NCBI GenBank assembly: GCA_965222155.1
Contig: CBDCTH010000012.1
Location: 416,001 to 480,000, forward strand
From: Gammaproteobacteria bacterium
Lineage (GTDB): Bacteria; Pseudomonadota; Gammaproteobacteria; Eutrophobiales; Eutrophobiaceae
DNA length: 64,000 bases
Direction of reading: 5' to 3'
Notes under the pieces: generated by a model
The model's input: only the letters and a program-made list of their open reading frames with translations
Told to the model about the DNA's origin: nothing
The model's database searches: none
In this document: in pieces, positions 51,090-61,004 of the stretch
Layout: each line of letters begins with the position of its first letter
Position numbering within the stretch: position 1 is the first letter of the stretch
Position numbers and translations under genes: made by a program

Positions 51090-51440
51090 ATGTCAATGGA
51101 ATTAATTGCCTTAATCGGTATCGGCGTGACGGTAATCAGTATCGGCGTTGCGCTGGCCGCTCTTATCCTGAATACTCAACGTAACCTGCGGTCTGATATG
51201 CAGGCTCAGCGGGACGAGACCCAAGCAGAATTCAAGGCCGCGCAGGCTGATATGCAGGCCCAGCGGGACGAGACGCGGGCAGAATTCAAGGCCGTGAGGA
51301 CGGAGATGCAGGCCCAGCGGGAAGTAATAATCAGTTTACTGGAACGCATGGCACACCTGGAAGGATTGCTTGAGGGTCTGCGAGAAGCGATCACAGGCCG
51401 ACGCGTGGCTGAAGATGCGGGGAAATACGATCCGCGCTGA
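51090..51440 (+). CDS. Membrane-anchored coiled-coil protein with 18-aa repeats
   Basis: TM helix, then MQAQRDET.AEFKA repeats, then ERMAHLEGLLEGL. Confidence 0.7.
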   Translation: MSMELIALIGIGVTVISIGVALAALILNTQRNLRSDMQAQRDETQAEFKAAQADMQAQRDETRAEFKAVRTEMQAQREVIISLLERMAHLEGLLEGLREAITGRRVAEDAGKYDPR

Positions 51441-51502
51441 ACACCGGCGCCAACCTCTCGCACATTGTCCAGAGTAATCCGGGACACCCATAAATCAACG
51501 CC

Positions 51503-51675
51503 TTGTGCTGTGAGACCCGTCATGTCGACGGGCAGCATTACGCGCTCGAGCGCAAGGCGCGCATCGAATGGCTCAAGGGCGGTGCCGGGGAGACCTGCCG
51601 CATTCTTTCCAACGCCCGCTGCCTGTCCGAAGGCATCGACGTGCCGGCGCTGGCCGCGGTGCTGTTCATGGAACT
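51503..51675 (+). pseudogene. Type ISP-like restriction helicase fragment
   Basis: HVDG..CRILSNARCLSEGIDVPAL.AVLFM. Confidence 0.7.
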
Positions 51676-51683
51676 GGGAGGAT

Positions 51684-52390
51684 GGGGTCAGACCAGTTTA
51701 ATCTGTCACAACTTACTGATAATAAAGATAAATCATCTTTATAAGCAGGCTATCAGGCGGTTAGACTGTGGTTTTTTATGGACAAAACAGGCATTTAAGG
51801 AGGAAGCATCATGCCAAGAGCTAATCGTATCTTTTTACCGGGCCACATCTGGCACATCACCCACTGGTGTCATAACAAAGAAGTCCTGCTTAAGTTTGCT
51901 AATGACCGACAACGTTGGTTGCAAGGAAGACCTTGCCTGTTACAGCCTCCATTATCATAGCAAAATGGGGCTTTTAAGAGAATATAACAGCCATAAATAG
52001 AAAATAAACTAAGCAAAACAGATGGTTATGTGGGTCCGACCCTGGTTAGGGGGGTCCGAATAAAGATAAATCATCTTTATAAGCAGGCTATCAGGCGGTT
52101 AGACTGTGGTTTTTTTATGGACAAAACAGGCATTTAAGGAGGAAGCATCATGCCAAGAGCTAATCGTATCTTTTTACCGGGCCACATCTGGCACATCACC
52201 CACTGGTGTCATAACAAAGAAGTCCTGCTTAAGTTTGCTAATGACCGACAGCGTTGGTTGCAAGGAAGACCTTGCCTGTTACAGCCTCCATTGTCATAGC
52301 AAAATGGGGCTTTTAAGAGAATATAACAGCCATAAATAGAAAATAAACTAAGCAAAACAGATGGTTATGTGGGTCCGACCCTGGTTAGGG
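51684..52390 (+). mobile_element. Tandem (338-bp period) internally deleted RAYT/Y1 transposase remnants
   Basis: MPRANRIFLPGHIWHITHWCHNKEVLLKFANDR at 51810 and ~52150; ends GGGGTCAGACC and GGTCCGACCC. Confidence 0.75.
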
Positions 52391-52437
52391 CTGGTTAGGG
52401 TTAGGATTTGTGAATTTAAAATGAACAGAGTTGCGGG

Positions 52438-52902
52438 TTACAGGTTCTCCGCGATCACCCTCGGGGTCAGGATGAGTTCCTTCATATCGTTGCCCGGTGA
52501 TACCAGTTCCGCATAGCTGGTTTCCTGATAATAGGTCCGGTAATCCGGGTGGATGACCCAGAGTTCTATGAATTCAGGGCCTTCCATTACCAGTCCCTTG
52601 TCGTGGTTGAACAGGAGGCCCGTTTCAAATCTGCGTTGCCCGGCAATCCGGACGGTCTTCACGCCCGGCGCTTCGCCGACGCCTGCGACCGGCTTGCAGA
52701 AATCACCGCTTTCCCGGCTGCGGCAACGCAAGTGGTAGTTGTCGACAGGTTGATGCGTGCTACTGTCTATAGCCTTGAAGCGGATAGGGATGATTTCCAG
52801 CCGATTGATTTGACTACGTTTCCACAGGCCGTGGTAGTCACCTGTCAGGAAGCCCCCTAACGCGGCTGCCAGGCAAGTCAGTGTGATGATAAGGGTTTTC
52901 AT
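52438..52902 (-). CDS. Hypothetical membrane-anchored protein
   Basis: ORF directly downstream of cysQ with an N-terminal hydrophobic segment. Confidence 0.55.
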   Translation of the reverse strand: MKTLIITLTCLAAALGGFLTGDYHGLWKRSQINRLEIIPIRFKAIDSSTHQPVDNYHLRCRSRESGDFCKPVAGVGEAPGVKTVRIAGQRRFETGLLFNHDKGLVMEGPEFIELWVIHPDYRTYYQETSYAELVSPGNDMKELILTPRVIAENL

Positions 52903-52921
52903 CGACGGGTCACCAGTCTGT

Positions 52922-53710
52922 TCACAAACGGTTTTCCCACCCGAATGCCGGGTCGGCAACCACGACGAAGTCCGGGTTTAACAAGGATTCCTTGGCATTA
53001 TAGCGCAAGCGGTTAAAACCGGTGTCCGTTACCCCGCCTCCCGCTTCCTCGACGATGCACTGGCCGGCGGCGCTATCCCACTCCGAGGTGGGTCCGAAGC
53101 GTGCGTATATATCGGCAATTCCTTCAGCCACCAGGCAGAATTTCAGGGAACTGCCGATTGCTATAGTCTCGATCTGGTCACCCATCTTCCCGAAGAACGC
53201 CTGCTGCCGCTTGTTGCCGTGAGAGCGGCTGCCGGCGATGACCAGGGCGTCAACCCTGCTGGCCTTTGCCTTGATTCTGAGGCCCGCAGCGCCGTTGCCC
53301 TGCTTGTAGGCCCCCTCGTTTCTGGCCGCATAATAACAAAGATCCTTGACCGGCGCGTAAATGACGCCCAGAACGGGATAGTTTTCCCGGATCAGGGCGA
53401 TATTCACGGTGAACTCTCCGTTGCGTTTGATGAACTCGCGGGTGCCGTCAAGGGGGTCTACCAGCCAGTATTGATCCCAGGTTTTCCTGGTCGAGTAAGG
53501 GATATGTGCAGATTCCTCGGACAACACCGGTATATCCGGAGTCAGCAGCGCGAGCCTGCTGCAGATCACGTCATGGGAGGCCAAGTCCGCCCTGGTGAGG
53601 GGCGACCTGTCGGTCTTGTTGCGGACCTCGAAGTCCGTCACATAGACTTCCATGATTTTATCCGCCGCTTCCTTTGCGATTACTGCAGCGGCTTCAGTTA
53701 ATTCTGACAT
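52922..53710 (-). CDS. cysQ: 3'(2'),5'-bisphosphate nucleotidase
   Basis: WLVDPLDGTREFI, GSSLKFCLVAEG and EWDSAAGQ motifs. Confidence 0.95.
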   Translation of the reverse strand: MSELTEAAAVIAKEAADKIMEVYVTDFEVRNKTDRSPLTRADLASHDVICSRLALLTPDIPVLSEESAHIPYSTRKTWDQYWLVDPLDGTREFIKRNGEFTVNIALIRENYPVLGVIYAPVKDLCYYAARNEGAYKQGNGAAGLRIKAKASRVDALVIAGSRSHGNKRQQAFFGKMGDQIETIAIGSSLKFCLVAEGIADIYARFGPTSEWDSAAGQCIVEEAGGGVTDTGFNRLRYNAKESLLNPDFVVVADPAFGWENRL

Positions 53711-53722
53711 AGTTATTTTGGG

Positions 53723-54403
53723 TTAGATGCGCCGGCAATAAATCAGTTCCCATACCCGGTTGTTCAATTCAAGCCCGCGCTGTTCGAACTTCGTCAGCGA
53801 CCGCCACAGGGGCCGTGGACTGAAGTTGCCGCGCCCTGCCAGGTTGATCAGGCCGGTTTCGGCGTCACATACGGCCAGCATGTATTCTGCCAAATCCCGG
53901 GAATCGGTGGCAAGGTATAATTGCCCCTCAAGTTTCATCCTGCTTGTGAGTCTGTTGATAAAACCAGGCTGCACGAGGCGGCGCTTGTGGTGGCGTTTTT
54001 TGGGCCACGGGTCCGGGAAATGGATATAGATGGACGTCATTGACTCTTCCGGTATCTGCCGGTTGACGACGTCGACGATGTCATGGTTGATGACCCGGAT
54101 ATTGGTAAGCCCGTATTCGGCAACACCGTATAACAGACGCCCGATGCCGGGACGATGTACTTCAACGGCCAGGTAATCAATTTCAGGGTTCGCCCTGGCC
54201 AGCCTGAGTGTAGTCTCGCCCATGCCCGTGCCGATATCCAGCACCCTGGGCGCCTCCCGGTTAAATAGTGTATGCAGGTCCAGCGTTTCATCCTGGTAAT
54301 CGATGCCGAAGTCAACCCAATATCGATCTATGGCAGCAGCTTGTGCTTTCGTGAGTCGGCTCTGTCTTAATACGTAACTTTTGACAGAGTGTTTAAATGG
54401 CAA
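53723..54403 (-). CDS. trmB: tRNA (guanine-N7)-methyltransferase
   Basis: LDIGTGMG, FPDPWPKKRHHKRR and TKFEQRG motifs. Confidence 0.95.
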   Translation of the reverse strand: MPFKHSVKSYVLRQSRLTKAQAAAIDRYWVDFGIDYQDETLDLHTLFNREAPRVLDIGTGMGETTLRLARANPEIDYLAVEVHRPGIGRLLYGVAEYGLTNIRVINHDIVDVVNRQIPEESMTSIYIHFPDPWPKKRHHKRRLVQPGFINRLTSRMKLEGQLYLATDSRDLAEYMLAVCDAETGLINLAGRGNFSPRPLWRSLTKFEQRGLELNNRVWELIYCRRI

Positions 54404-54433
54404 TGTTTACAACCAGCTTGCACGCGGCGCGGG

Positions 54434-55219
54434 TTAGCTGAAGAAGGTCCCGTCGATAGGGGATGACGCGCTGGCATAAGCGCGTCTCGGCATACGCCCG
54501 GCCAGGTAAGCCTGCCGTCCTGCTTGTATGCCCTTGTTCATTGCTGACGCCATTAATACTGGATTTTTAGCCTCTGCGATCGCCGTGTTCATCAATACAC
54601 CGTCACAGCCGAGTTCCATGGCAATCGCCGCGTCCGAGGCGGTGCCGACCCCGGCATCCACCAAAATCGGCACACCGGCGTTTTCGACAATCGTTCTGAT
54701 GTTATAGGGGTTGCGAATGCCCAGTCCGGAACCGATAGGAGCGGCCAGCGGCATGACTGCGATACAGCCCAGTTCTTCAAAGCGCAGCGCCATGATAGGG
54801 TCATCGTTGGTATAAACCATCACCTTGAAATTATCCCTGATGAGTATCTCCGCAGCCTCCAGGGTTTGCGGGATATCCGGGTACAGGGTTTTTTTGTCGC
54901 CCAGCACCTCCAGCTTTACCAGGTCATGACCATTGAGCAATTCACGCGCTAACCGACAGGTCCGCACCGCCGAGTCCGCATCAAAACAACCTGCCGTGTT
55001 GGGAAGGATGGTAAACCTGTCGGGGCTGATATAGTCAAGCAGGTTGGGTTCATCCTTTTCCTGGCCGATGTTGGTGCGACGAATCGCTACCGTGACAATT
55101 TCCGCCCCACTGGCTTCAATCGCCAGGCGGGTTTCTTCCAGGTCTTTGTACTTGCCTGTACCGACCAGCAGGCGGGACGAGTAAACCTTATCGGCGATGA
55201 TTAATGTGTCTTCTGGCAT
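54434..55219 (-). CDS. thiG: Thiazole synthase
   Basis: LPNTAGC, VKLEV and [12 protein letters not shown] motifs. Confidence 0.97.
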   Translation of the reverse strand: MPEDTLIIADKVYSSRLLVGTGKYKDLEETRLAIEASGAEIVTVAIRRTNIGQEKDEPNLLDYISPDRFTILPNTAGCFDADSAVRTCRLARELLNGHDLVKLEVLGDKKTLYPDIPQTLEAAEILIRDNFKVMVYTNDDPIMALRFEELGCIAVMPLAAPIGSGLGIRNPYNIRTIVENAGVPILVDAGVGTASDAAIAMELGCDGVLMNTAIAEAKNPVLMASAMNKGIQAGRQAYLAGRMPRRAYASASSPIDGTFFS

Positions 55220-55270
55220 TACTGAATTTTCTCATATGTGAAAATATGTATCGACAGTGTATATGTAGCC

Positions 55271-55375
55271 GCAGGTTCGGGCAGGCTATTTAAGGCTATC
55301 ATCCGCAGGGATAGCGGATGGTAAGCGTACAGGGATGTATTCACAGCGGGCCTTAAACAGCCTGCCCGAACCTGC
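55271..55375. repeat. Long intergenic inverted repeat between thiS and thiG
   Basis: GCAGGTTCGGGCAGGCT.TTTAAGGC...GCCTTAAA.AGCCTGCCCGAACCTGC. Confidence 0.75.
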
Positions 55376-55401
55376 CTCCACAGTTCATTCAGGATACCTG
55401 T

Positions 55402-55599
55402 TTACCCCCCGCCGATTGCGGTGACTATTTCTATTTGATCCCCGTCCGCCAGTCGATGCTGATCAAAGGCGCTGCGCGAGACGATTTCCCTGTTGATTTC
55501 CACAGCTACATTGTCCTCAATTTCCAACGCTGAAATTAGATCGGACACCGTCGCCACGTTTGCCAGGGATGTTTTTTCACCATTAACCAATAAATTCAT
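55402..55599 (-). CDS. thiS: Sulfur carrier protein ThiS
   Basis: VNGE..AVEIN..IV, C-terminal GG. Confidence 0.92.
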   Translation of the reverse strand: MNLLVNGEKTSLANVATVSDLISALEIEDNVAVEINREIVSRSAFDQHRLADGDQIEIVTAIGGG

Positions 55600-55666
55600 G
55601 GATGCTATTATACAAAATCTTTTCACTCCCGGCGCAGCTCATTGTAAGATAGACCGGTTGACCCTT

Positions 55667-55737
55667 GCGGGTGTAGTTCAATGGCAGAACATCAGCTTCC
55701 CAAGCTGAGAACGTGGGTTCGATTCCCATCACCCGCT
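55667..55737 (+). tRNA. tRNA-Gly(CCC), CCA not encoded
   Basis: GCGGGTG stem, TTCCCAA anticodon loop, GGTTCGATTCC. Confidence 0.93.
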
Positions 55738-58400
55738 TAACTGAACAATTCCAACTGGTTCCTGAGGGCTGCCTGGGCGGCGGCAAGGCGGGCGATAGGT
55801 ACTCGGAACGGGGAGCAGGAGATATAGTCCAGTTGTACCGACTGGAAAAAATTGATCGACTCCGGGTCACCCCCATGCTCGCCGCAAATCCCGCATTTTA
55901 ATTCCCGTTTTACCGATCTGCCCCTGTGTACGGCCTGTTCGACCAGTTGGCCGACGCCGGCGACGTCCATAGTCTGAAACGGGTTCTCCTCCAGCAGGTT
56001 TTTCGCCAGGTATTCGGACATGAAGCTGCCGATATCGTCCCTGCTGTAGCCCAGGGTCATCTGGGTAAGGTCGTTGGTGCCGAAGCTGAAGAAGTCGGCA
56101 TGCACGGCGATGTCGTCCGCGGTAATGGCAGCCCTGGGTACCTCTATCATGGTGCCGATGGGAATATCCAGTTTACCGGTGAACTTTTTCTTGAGTTTCA
56201 CCTGGCTGATAACCTGCTCCACTTTTTTCCTCAGCATGGACAGCTCGCTTTCCAGCCCCACCAGCGGGATCATAATCTCCGGTTGCGCATTGATGCGTTT
56301 TCTCCTGCAGTTGATGGCCGCCTCGACGATGGCGGCCACCTGCATTTCCAGGATTTCCGGGTAGGTCACGGTCAACCGGCAACCGCGATGACCCAACATG
56401 GGATTGACTTCGTGCAGCTGGTTGACCCGCCGGATAATCCTGTCGATGCTCACCTTCATGCTCCGGGCAAGCTGACGCTGCAATTTTACGTCCTCCGGCA
56501 GGAATTCATGCAGCGGCGGGTCCAGCAAGCGTATCGTGACCGGCAGGCCGCGCATGGTGCTGAAAATCCCCTCGAAGTCCCGGCGCTGGAAAGGCAGCAG
56601 TTTTTTCAGCGCCGCGCGCCGCGCAGTCTCGTCCTCGGCGAGGATCATCTCACGCATTGCCGCGATACGATTCTCACCGAAGAACATGTGTTCGGTCCGG
56701 CAAAGCCCGATCCCCTCGGCGCCGAACTCCAGGGCCGTGGCTGCATCCATAGGGGTATCTGCGTTGGTGCGTATCACCAGTTTCCGCGTCCTGTCGGCCC
56801 AGGCCATCAGTGTTTTGAATTCTCTTGTGAAGGTAGGCGGCTGCATGGCGACTTCGCCCAGCATGATTTCGCCGTTGCTGCCGTCTATACTGATGATATC
56901 CTCCTGAGTGATTATCCTGTTCCTGATAGTCAGGGTCTTGCGTTTAGCGTCGATAATCAGATCGTTTGCGCCGGTTACGCAACACTTTCCCCAGCCACGC
57001 GCCACGACCGCAGCATGACTGGTTGACCCGCCTGTGGAGGTCAATATCGCCTCGGCGACGTGCATGCCGTGAATATCCTCGGGGCTGGTCTCCCGCCTGA
57101 CGAGAATGACGGGTTGACCGTTTTCACTCTGCTCAACCGCTTCATCCGCGCTGAAAACAAGATAACCGGACGCGGCCCCGGGCGATGCCGGCAGGCCCGT
57201 AGTCAGTACGTTCCGCTTTGCCTTGTGGTCGAAGGAGGGCAGTAACACCTGGTTCAGGTCATTGGCGGGGACACGCAACAACGCGTCCTTCTGGTTGATT
57301 AGGGTTTCCTTGACCATATCCACCGCAATTTTTATCGCCGCTGCGCCCGTCCGTTTCCCGGTACGCGTCTGTAACATGTACAACACGCTTTTTTCGATGG
57401 TAAATTCGATATCCTGCATATCCTTGTAGTGGGCTTCCAGGATATGTTTCACCTTGAGCAGTTGCTCATAGATCTCCGGGCGCCACTTTTTCATCTTGGC
57501 CACCGGCTGCGGCGTGCGAATGCCTGCAACCACATCTTCTCCCTGGGCGTTGATCAGGAATTCCCCGTAAAATTGATTTTTCCCTGTGGTCGGGTCCCGG
57601 GTAAAGGCGACGCCGGTGCCAGAATCGTTGCCCATGTTGCCGAATACCATGGACTGGATATTGGCCGCGGTACCGATCAGTCCGCGGATGTTGTTTATCT
57701 TGCGATAAGCCTGCGCCCGGGGAGTGTTCCAGCTTTGAAACACCGCTTCGATGGCCTTCTCAAGTTGCTCATGGGGCGCCTGGGGAAATGTTTCACCACT
57801 GTATTGTTTATAGACCTTCTTATAGGCGGCGATTAGCTTTTCCAGGCCCTCTTCGTTCAAGTCGGCATCCTCACTGACCCCGTACTGTTGTTTGATCCGG
57901 GTGAAATGGGCCTCGAAATGCTCATGTTCGACACCCATGACCACGTTGCCGAACATATTGATCAGGCGCCGGTAGGCATCCAGCGCGAAGCGCCTGTTGC
58001 CCGTTTGCCGGCCAATCCCGATTACGGATTGGTCTGTCAGGCCCAGGTTCAGGATCGTATCCAGCATGCCCGGCATACTCGCGGCCGCGCCGCTCCTGAC
58101 GGAGACCAGTAACGGGTTGTCGTCGTCACCGAACCTCTTGCCGGTCTCCTTCTCCAGACGGGTCATGTTCAGCCTGATACTGCCCTGCAGCCCCTTCGGG
58201 AGCTTGCCGTCACTCTGGTAGTACTCGGCACATGTGGTGGTGGTAATGGTGAAACCCGGCGGGACGGGCAGGCCGATGCTGGTCATCTCAGCCAGGTTGG
58301 CGCCCTTGCCGCCGAGTAGACTTACATCATTCCGGCCGCCTTCGGATAATTGGTTGCCGAAGTAATAGGTGCGCTTTACGTTGTTCAGCTTGCTGGTCAA
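55737..58400 (-). CDS. ppdK: Pyruvate, phosphate dikinase
   Basis: LGGKGANLAEM, TSHAAVVARG and GICGEHGG motifs. Confidence 0.96.
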   Translation of the reverse strand: MTSKLNNVKRTYYFGNQLSEGGRNDVSLLGGKGANLAEMTSIGLPVPPGFTITTTTCAEYYQSDGKLPKGLQGSIRLNMTRLEKETGKRFGDDDNPLLVSVRSGAAASMPGMLDTILNLGLTDQSVIGIGRQTGNRRFALDAYRRLINMFGNVVMGVEHEHFEAHFTRIKQQYGVSEDADLNEEGLEKLIAAYKKVYKQYSGETFPQAPHEQLEKAIEAVFQSWNTPRAQAYRKINNIRGLIGTAANIQSMVFGNMGNDSGTGVAFTRDPTTGKNQFYGEFLINAQGEDVVAGIRTPQPVAKMKKWRPEIYEQLLKVKHILEAHYKDMQDIEFTIEKSVLYMLQTRTGKRTGAAAIKIAVDMVKETLINQKDALLRVPANDLNQVLLPSFDHKAKRNVLTTGLPASPGAASGYLVFSADEAVEQSENGQPVILVRRETSPEDIHGMHVAEAILTSTGGSTSHAAVVARGWGKCCVTGANDLIIDAKRKTLTIRNRIITQEDIISIDGSNGEIMLGEVAMQPPTFTREFKTLMAWADRTRKLVIRTNADTPMDAATALEFGAEGIGLCRTEHMFFGENRIAAMREMILAEDETARRAALKKLLPFQRRDFEGIFSTMRGLPVTIRLLDPPLHEFLPEDVKLQRQLARSMKVSIDRIIRRVNQLHEVNPMLGHRGCRLTVTYPEILEMQVAAIVEAAINCRRKRINAQPEIMIPLVGLESELSMLRKKVEQVISQVKLKKKFTGKLDIPIGTMIEVPRAAITADDIAVHADFFSFGTNDLTQMTLGYSRDDIGSFMSEYLAKNLLEENPFQTMDVAGVGQLVEQAVHRGRSVKRELKCGICGEHGGDPESINFFQSVQLDYISCSPFRVPIARLAAAQAALRNQLELFS

Positions 58401-58406
58401 GACGTC

Positions 58407-59861
58407 TTATTCCTGACCGGTCCACAGGTCCATAAAGGTATTGACAGGCATGGCCTCAAGCGCAGGCCGGCTTGCACAGGCCGCGAGGATAGCGTCTTTC
58501 CGGGCCGTGGAGAAGTGCCCGGCTACCGCGTTGTTGAACTTTTCCAGCAACAGGGGAATGCCCTTTTTGCGCCGTCGCCGATGACCGACAGGGTATTCGA
58601 CGACTACCTTATCCGTCCTGGAACCGTCCCGGAAAACCACCTGCACCGAATTGCCTATGGCGCGTTTATCCGGGTCATGATAATCGATAGTGAACTGCCT
58701 GTTTTCCGTTACCTCCATCTTGTCCCTGAGTGCATCGATACGCGGGTCCGCGGCAACGTCATCTTCGTAATCCTCTGCGACCAGTCGACCGAAAATCAAG
58801 GGTATTGCCGTCATGTATTGAATGCAGTGATCACGGTCGGCAGGATTATCCAGCGGGCCGGTCTTATCGATAATCCGCGCCCCGGCTTCCTGTGTTTCCA
58901 CTATCACTTTGTCTATTTCCTCCAGGCGATCTTTCACCTGTTGGTGCAGCTCCATGGCCGCTTCGACCGCGGTCTGTGCATGAAACTCTGCCGGAAATGA
59001 GATCTTGAATAATATGTTTTCCATGACATAACAGCCAAACGGCTGTTCTACGAGAATATCATTTCCTTTGAACAACACCTCCTGAAATCCCCAGTGTCCG
59101 GCGCTCAGCGCCGAGGGGTAACCCATCTCGCCGGTCAGCGAGATGAGGGCATGGCGCACTGCCCGGCTGGTCGCATCGCCTGCCGCCCAGCTTTTTCTCG
59201 AACCGGTATTGGGCGCATGACGGTAGGTGCGTAACGCGCCGCCGTCGATCCAGGCATTGGAAACGGCATTGATAACCTGTTCCCGAGTACCGCCCAGCAT
59301 TTTAGTGACCACGGCTGTGCTGGCGATGCGAACGAGCAGGACATGGTCCAGGCCGACACCGTTAAAGCTGTTTTTCAGGGCGAGTACACCCTGGATCTCA
59401 TGGGCCTGGATCATGCCGTTGAGGACGTCTGCGATGGTCAGCGGGTCTCGCCTTGCGCTGATATTTTCCAGGCTGAGATAGTCGGCGACCGCAAGAATAC
59501 CGCCAAGATTATCGGAAGGATGTCCCCATTCTGCAGCCAGCCAGGTGTCGTTGAAGTCCAGCCAGCGCACCTGCGCGCCGATATTGAATGCCGCCTGCAC
59601 CGGGTCCAGCCGGTAGTTGGTGCCGGGCACCCGCGCCCCGTTCGGCATTTCGGCTCCGGGCACCACCGGCCCCAGCATCTTTGTGCAGGCAGGAAATTTG
59701 AGCGCCATCATAGCGCAGGCCAGGGTATCCAGCAGGCAGTAAAATGCAGTACTGCGCGCCTCCTCGCTTGCGGTCTCGCCGCCCAATACATAATCGGCAA
59801 TATTCTGCAACAGCACATCGGCCGAGGGCCTTTTGGCGTCTCGTACGCCCATATTTGACAT
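58407..59861 (-). CDS. prpD: 2-methylcitrate dehydratase
   Basis: [20 protein letters not shown] and [10 protein letters not shown] motifs. Confidence 0.96.
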   Translation of the reverse strand: MSNMGVRDAKRPSADVLLQNIADYVLGGETASEEARSTAFYCLLDTLACAMMALKFPACTKMLGPVVPGAEMPNGARVPGTNYRLDPVQAAFNIGAQVRWLDFNDTWLAAEWGHPSDNLGGILAVADYLSLENISARRDPLTIADVLNGMIQAHEIQGVLALKNSFNGVGLDHVLLVRIASTAVVTKMLGGTREQVINAVSNAWIDGGALRTYRHAPNTGSRKSWAAGDATSRAVRHALISLTGEMGYPSALSAGHWGFQEVLFKGNDILVEQPFGCYVMENILFKISFPAEFHAQTAVEAAMELHQQVKDRLEEIDKVIVETQEAGARIIDKTGPLDNPADRDHCIQYMTAIPLIFGRLVAEDYEDDVAADPRIDALRDKMEVTENRQFTIDYHDPDKRAIGNSVQVVFRDGSRTDKVVVEYPVGHRRRRKKGIPLLLEKFNNAVAGHFSTARKDAILAACASRPALEAMPVNTFMDLWTGQE

Positions 59862-59994
59862 GTGTGAGTCTCTCCAAAGTTTGTATCAGTTTAATATCAT
59901 ATTCATTGTCCGGCAAAAAAGATAAACAAAGAGTCGCCCCCGGCTTACGACATGCCGGGGCAGGCTCCGGCGACACAGTATCATACTGGATGCC

Positions 59995-60090
59995 GGGACA
60001 AGCCCGGCATGACGACGGGGGTCAAACCCGGCATGACGACAGGGGTCAAACCCGGCATGACGACGGGGGACAAGCCCGGCATGACGACGG
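59995..60090 (+). repeat. Four tandem 24-bp repeats GGG(A/T)CAA(G/A)CCCGGCATGACGAC.G
   Basis: Read directly; grows out of a REP-like hairpin GGATGCCGGGACAAGCCCGGCATGAC. Confidence 0.85.
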
Positions 60091-60116
60091 CTGGGGGCGA
60101 CACATTTTGCAACCTG

Positions 60117-60854
60117 TCAATGACCTTTTTTCGCCGCTGCATTCTGGACTGCCGTCAAGATGCCGCGCAGGATATTATATTCATTGCCGTCCAATCGGGT
60201 GCGATTGAACAGGCGTTTGAGGCGGCGCATCAGACGGCGCGGTTGCTCCGGGTCGAGATAGCCGATGTCGGACAGCGTATCCTGGATGTGTTGATAAAAG
60301 TATTCCATCTGTTCCGCTGTAACCGGGGATTCCGGATTATCGCGGGCAGTTTCCGTTTCTTGCCGGGCGAGATACTGCTTGCCGATTTCATAGCAGATAA
60401 TCTGTGCCGCCGAAGCAATATTCAGGGAGGAAAAATCCTTATTGGTCGGTATGCGGATCATGGCATGGCATATTTCCAGTTGTTCATTGGACAGTCCGGA
60501 ACTTTCGCGTCCGAAAACGACAGCCATGCCGGCTGTGGTGTTGACACGGGCGATGATCTGCTCTGCCGCAGCTTCAGGTGTGACCTCCGGCCAGGCGATG
60601 CTTCTTGCACGCGCGCTGCTGCCGAACACAAGTTCACAGTCCGCAACCGCTTCTTCAAGACTTGGAAATACCTGGCTGTGGGCCAGAATATCGTCCGCAC
60701 CCGCGGCCCTGGCGGAGCATTCCGCACTGGGAAAGCGCTGGGGGGACACCAGTACCAGTTGTTCCAGGCCCATGGTCTTCATTGCCCGGGCGGTGGCGCC
60801 GATATTTCCCGGGTGTGTCGTATTTACCAGGACAATCTTTACGTTTTCCAGCAT
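60117..60854 (-). CDS. trmJ: tRNA 2'-O-methyltransferase TrmJ (SPOUT family)
   Basis: HPGNIGATARAMKTMG, VFGRESSGL and SLNIA motifs. Confidence 0.93.
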   Translation of the reverse strand: MLENVKIVLVNTTHPGNIGATARAMKTMGLEQLVLVSPQRFPSAECSARAAGADDILAHSQVFPSLEEAVADCELVFGSSARARSIAWPEVTPEAAAEQIIARVNTTAGMAVVFGRESSGLSNEQLEICHAMIRIPTNKDFSSLNIASAAQIICYEIGKQYLARQETETARDNPESPVTAEQMEYFYQHIQDTLSDIGYLDPEQPRRLMRRLKRLFNRTRLDGNEYNILRGILTAVQNAAAKKGH

Positions 60855-61004
60855 ATAATGAATCTCCGGAACCGGTTTCAGTGATGTAAGATATTTGGGG
60901 TCAGAGTAAAATACTTGATAGTACAGCAACATAATCTATCGGATTAACCGTATTTTTACTCTGACCCCAAATATCCCCCAATATCCTAACCGTAGGAGAA
61001 AAAA

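Noticed and set aside
51503-52339. 165-aa and 77-aa ORFs as real genes
   Set aside because: They are chimeric read-throughs of a helicase fragment into out-of-frame RAYT remnants.
55600-55666. TPP riboswitch upstream of thiS
   Set aside because: The interval is too short and lacks the TPP aptamer core; the nearby GCTGAGA lies within tRNA-Gly on the other strand.
59995-60090. 24-bp repeats as a CRISPR array
   Set aside because: The units are contiguous with no unique spacers.
59952-60884. 310-aa plus-strand ORF with KPGMTTG repeats
   Set aside because: It is antisense to trmJ, and its repeats are just the translated VNTR.
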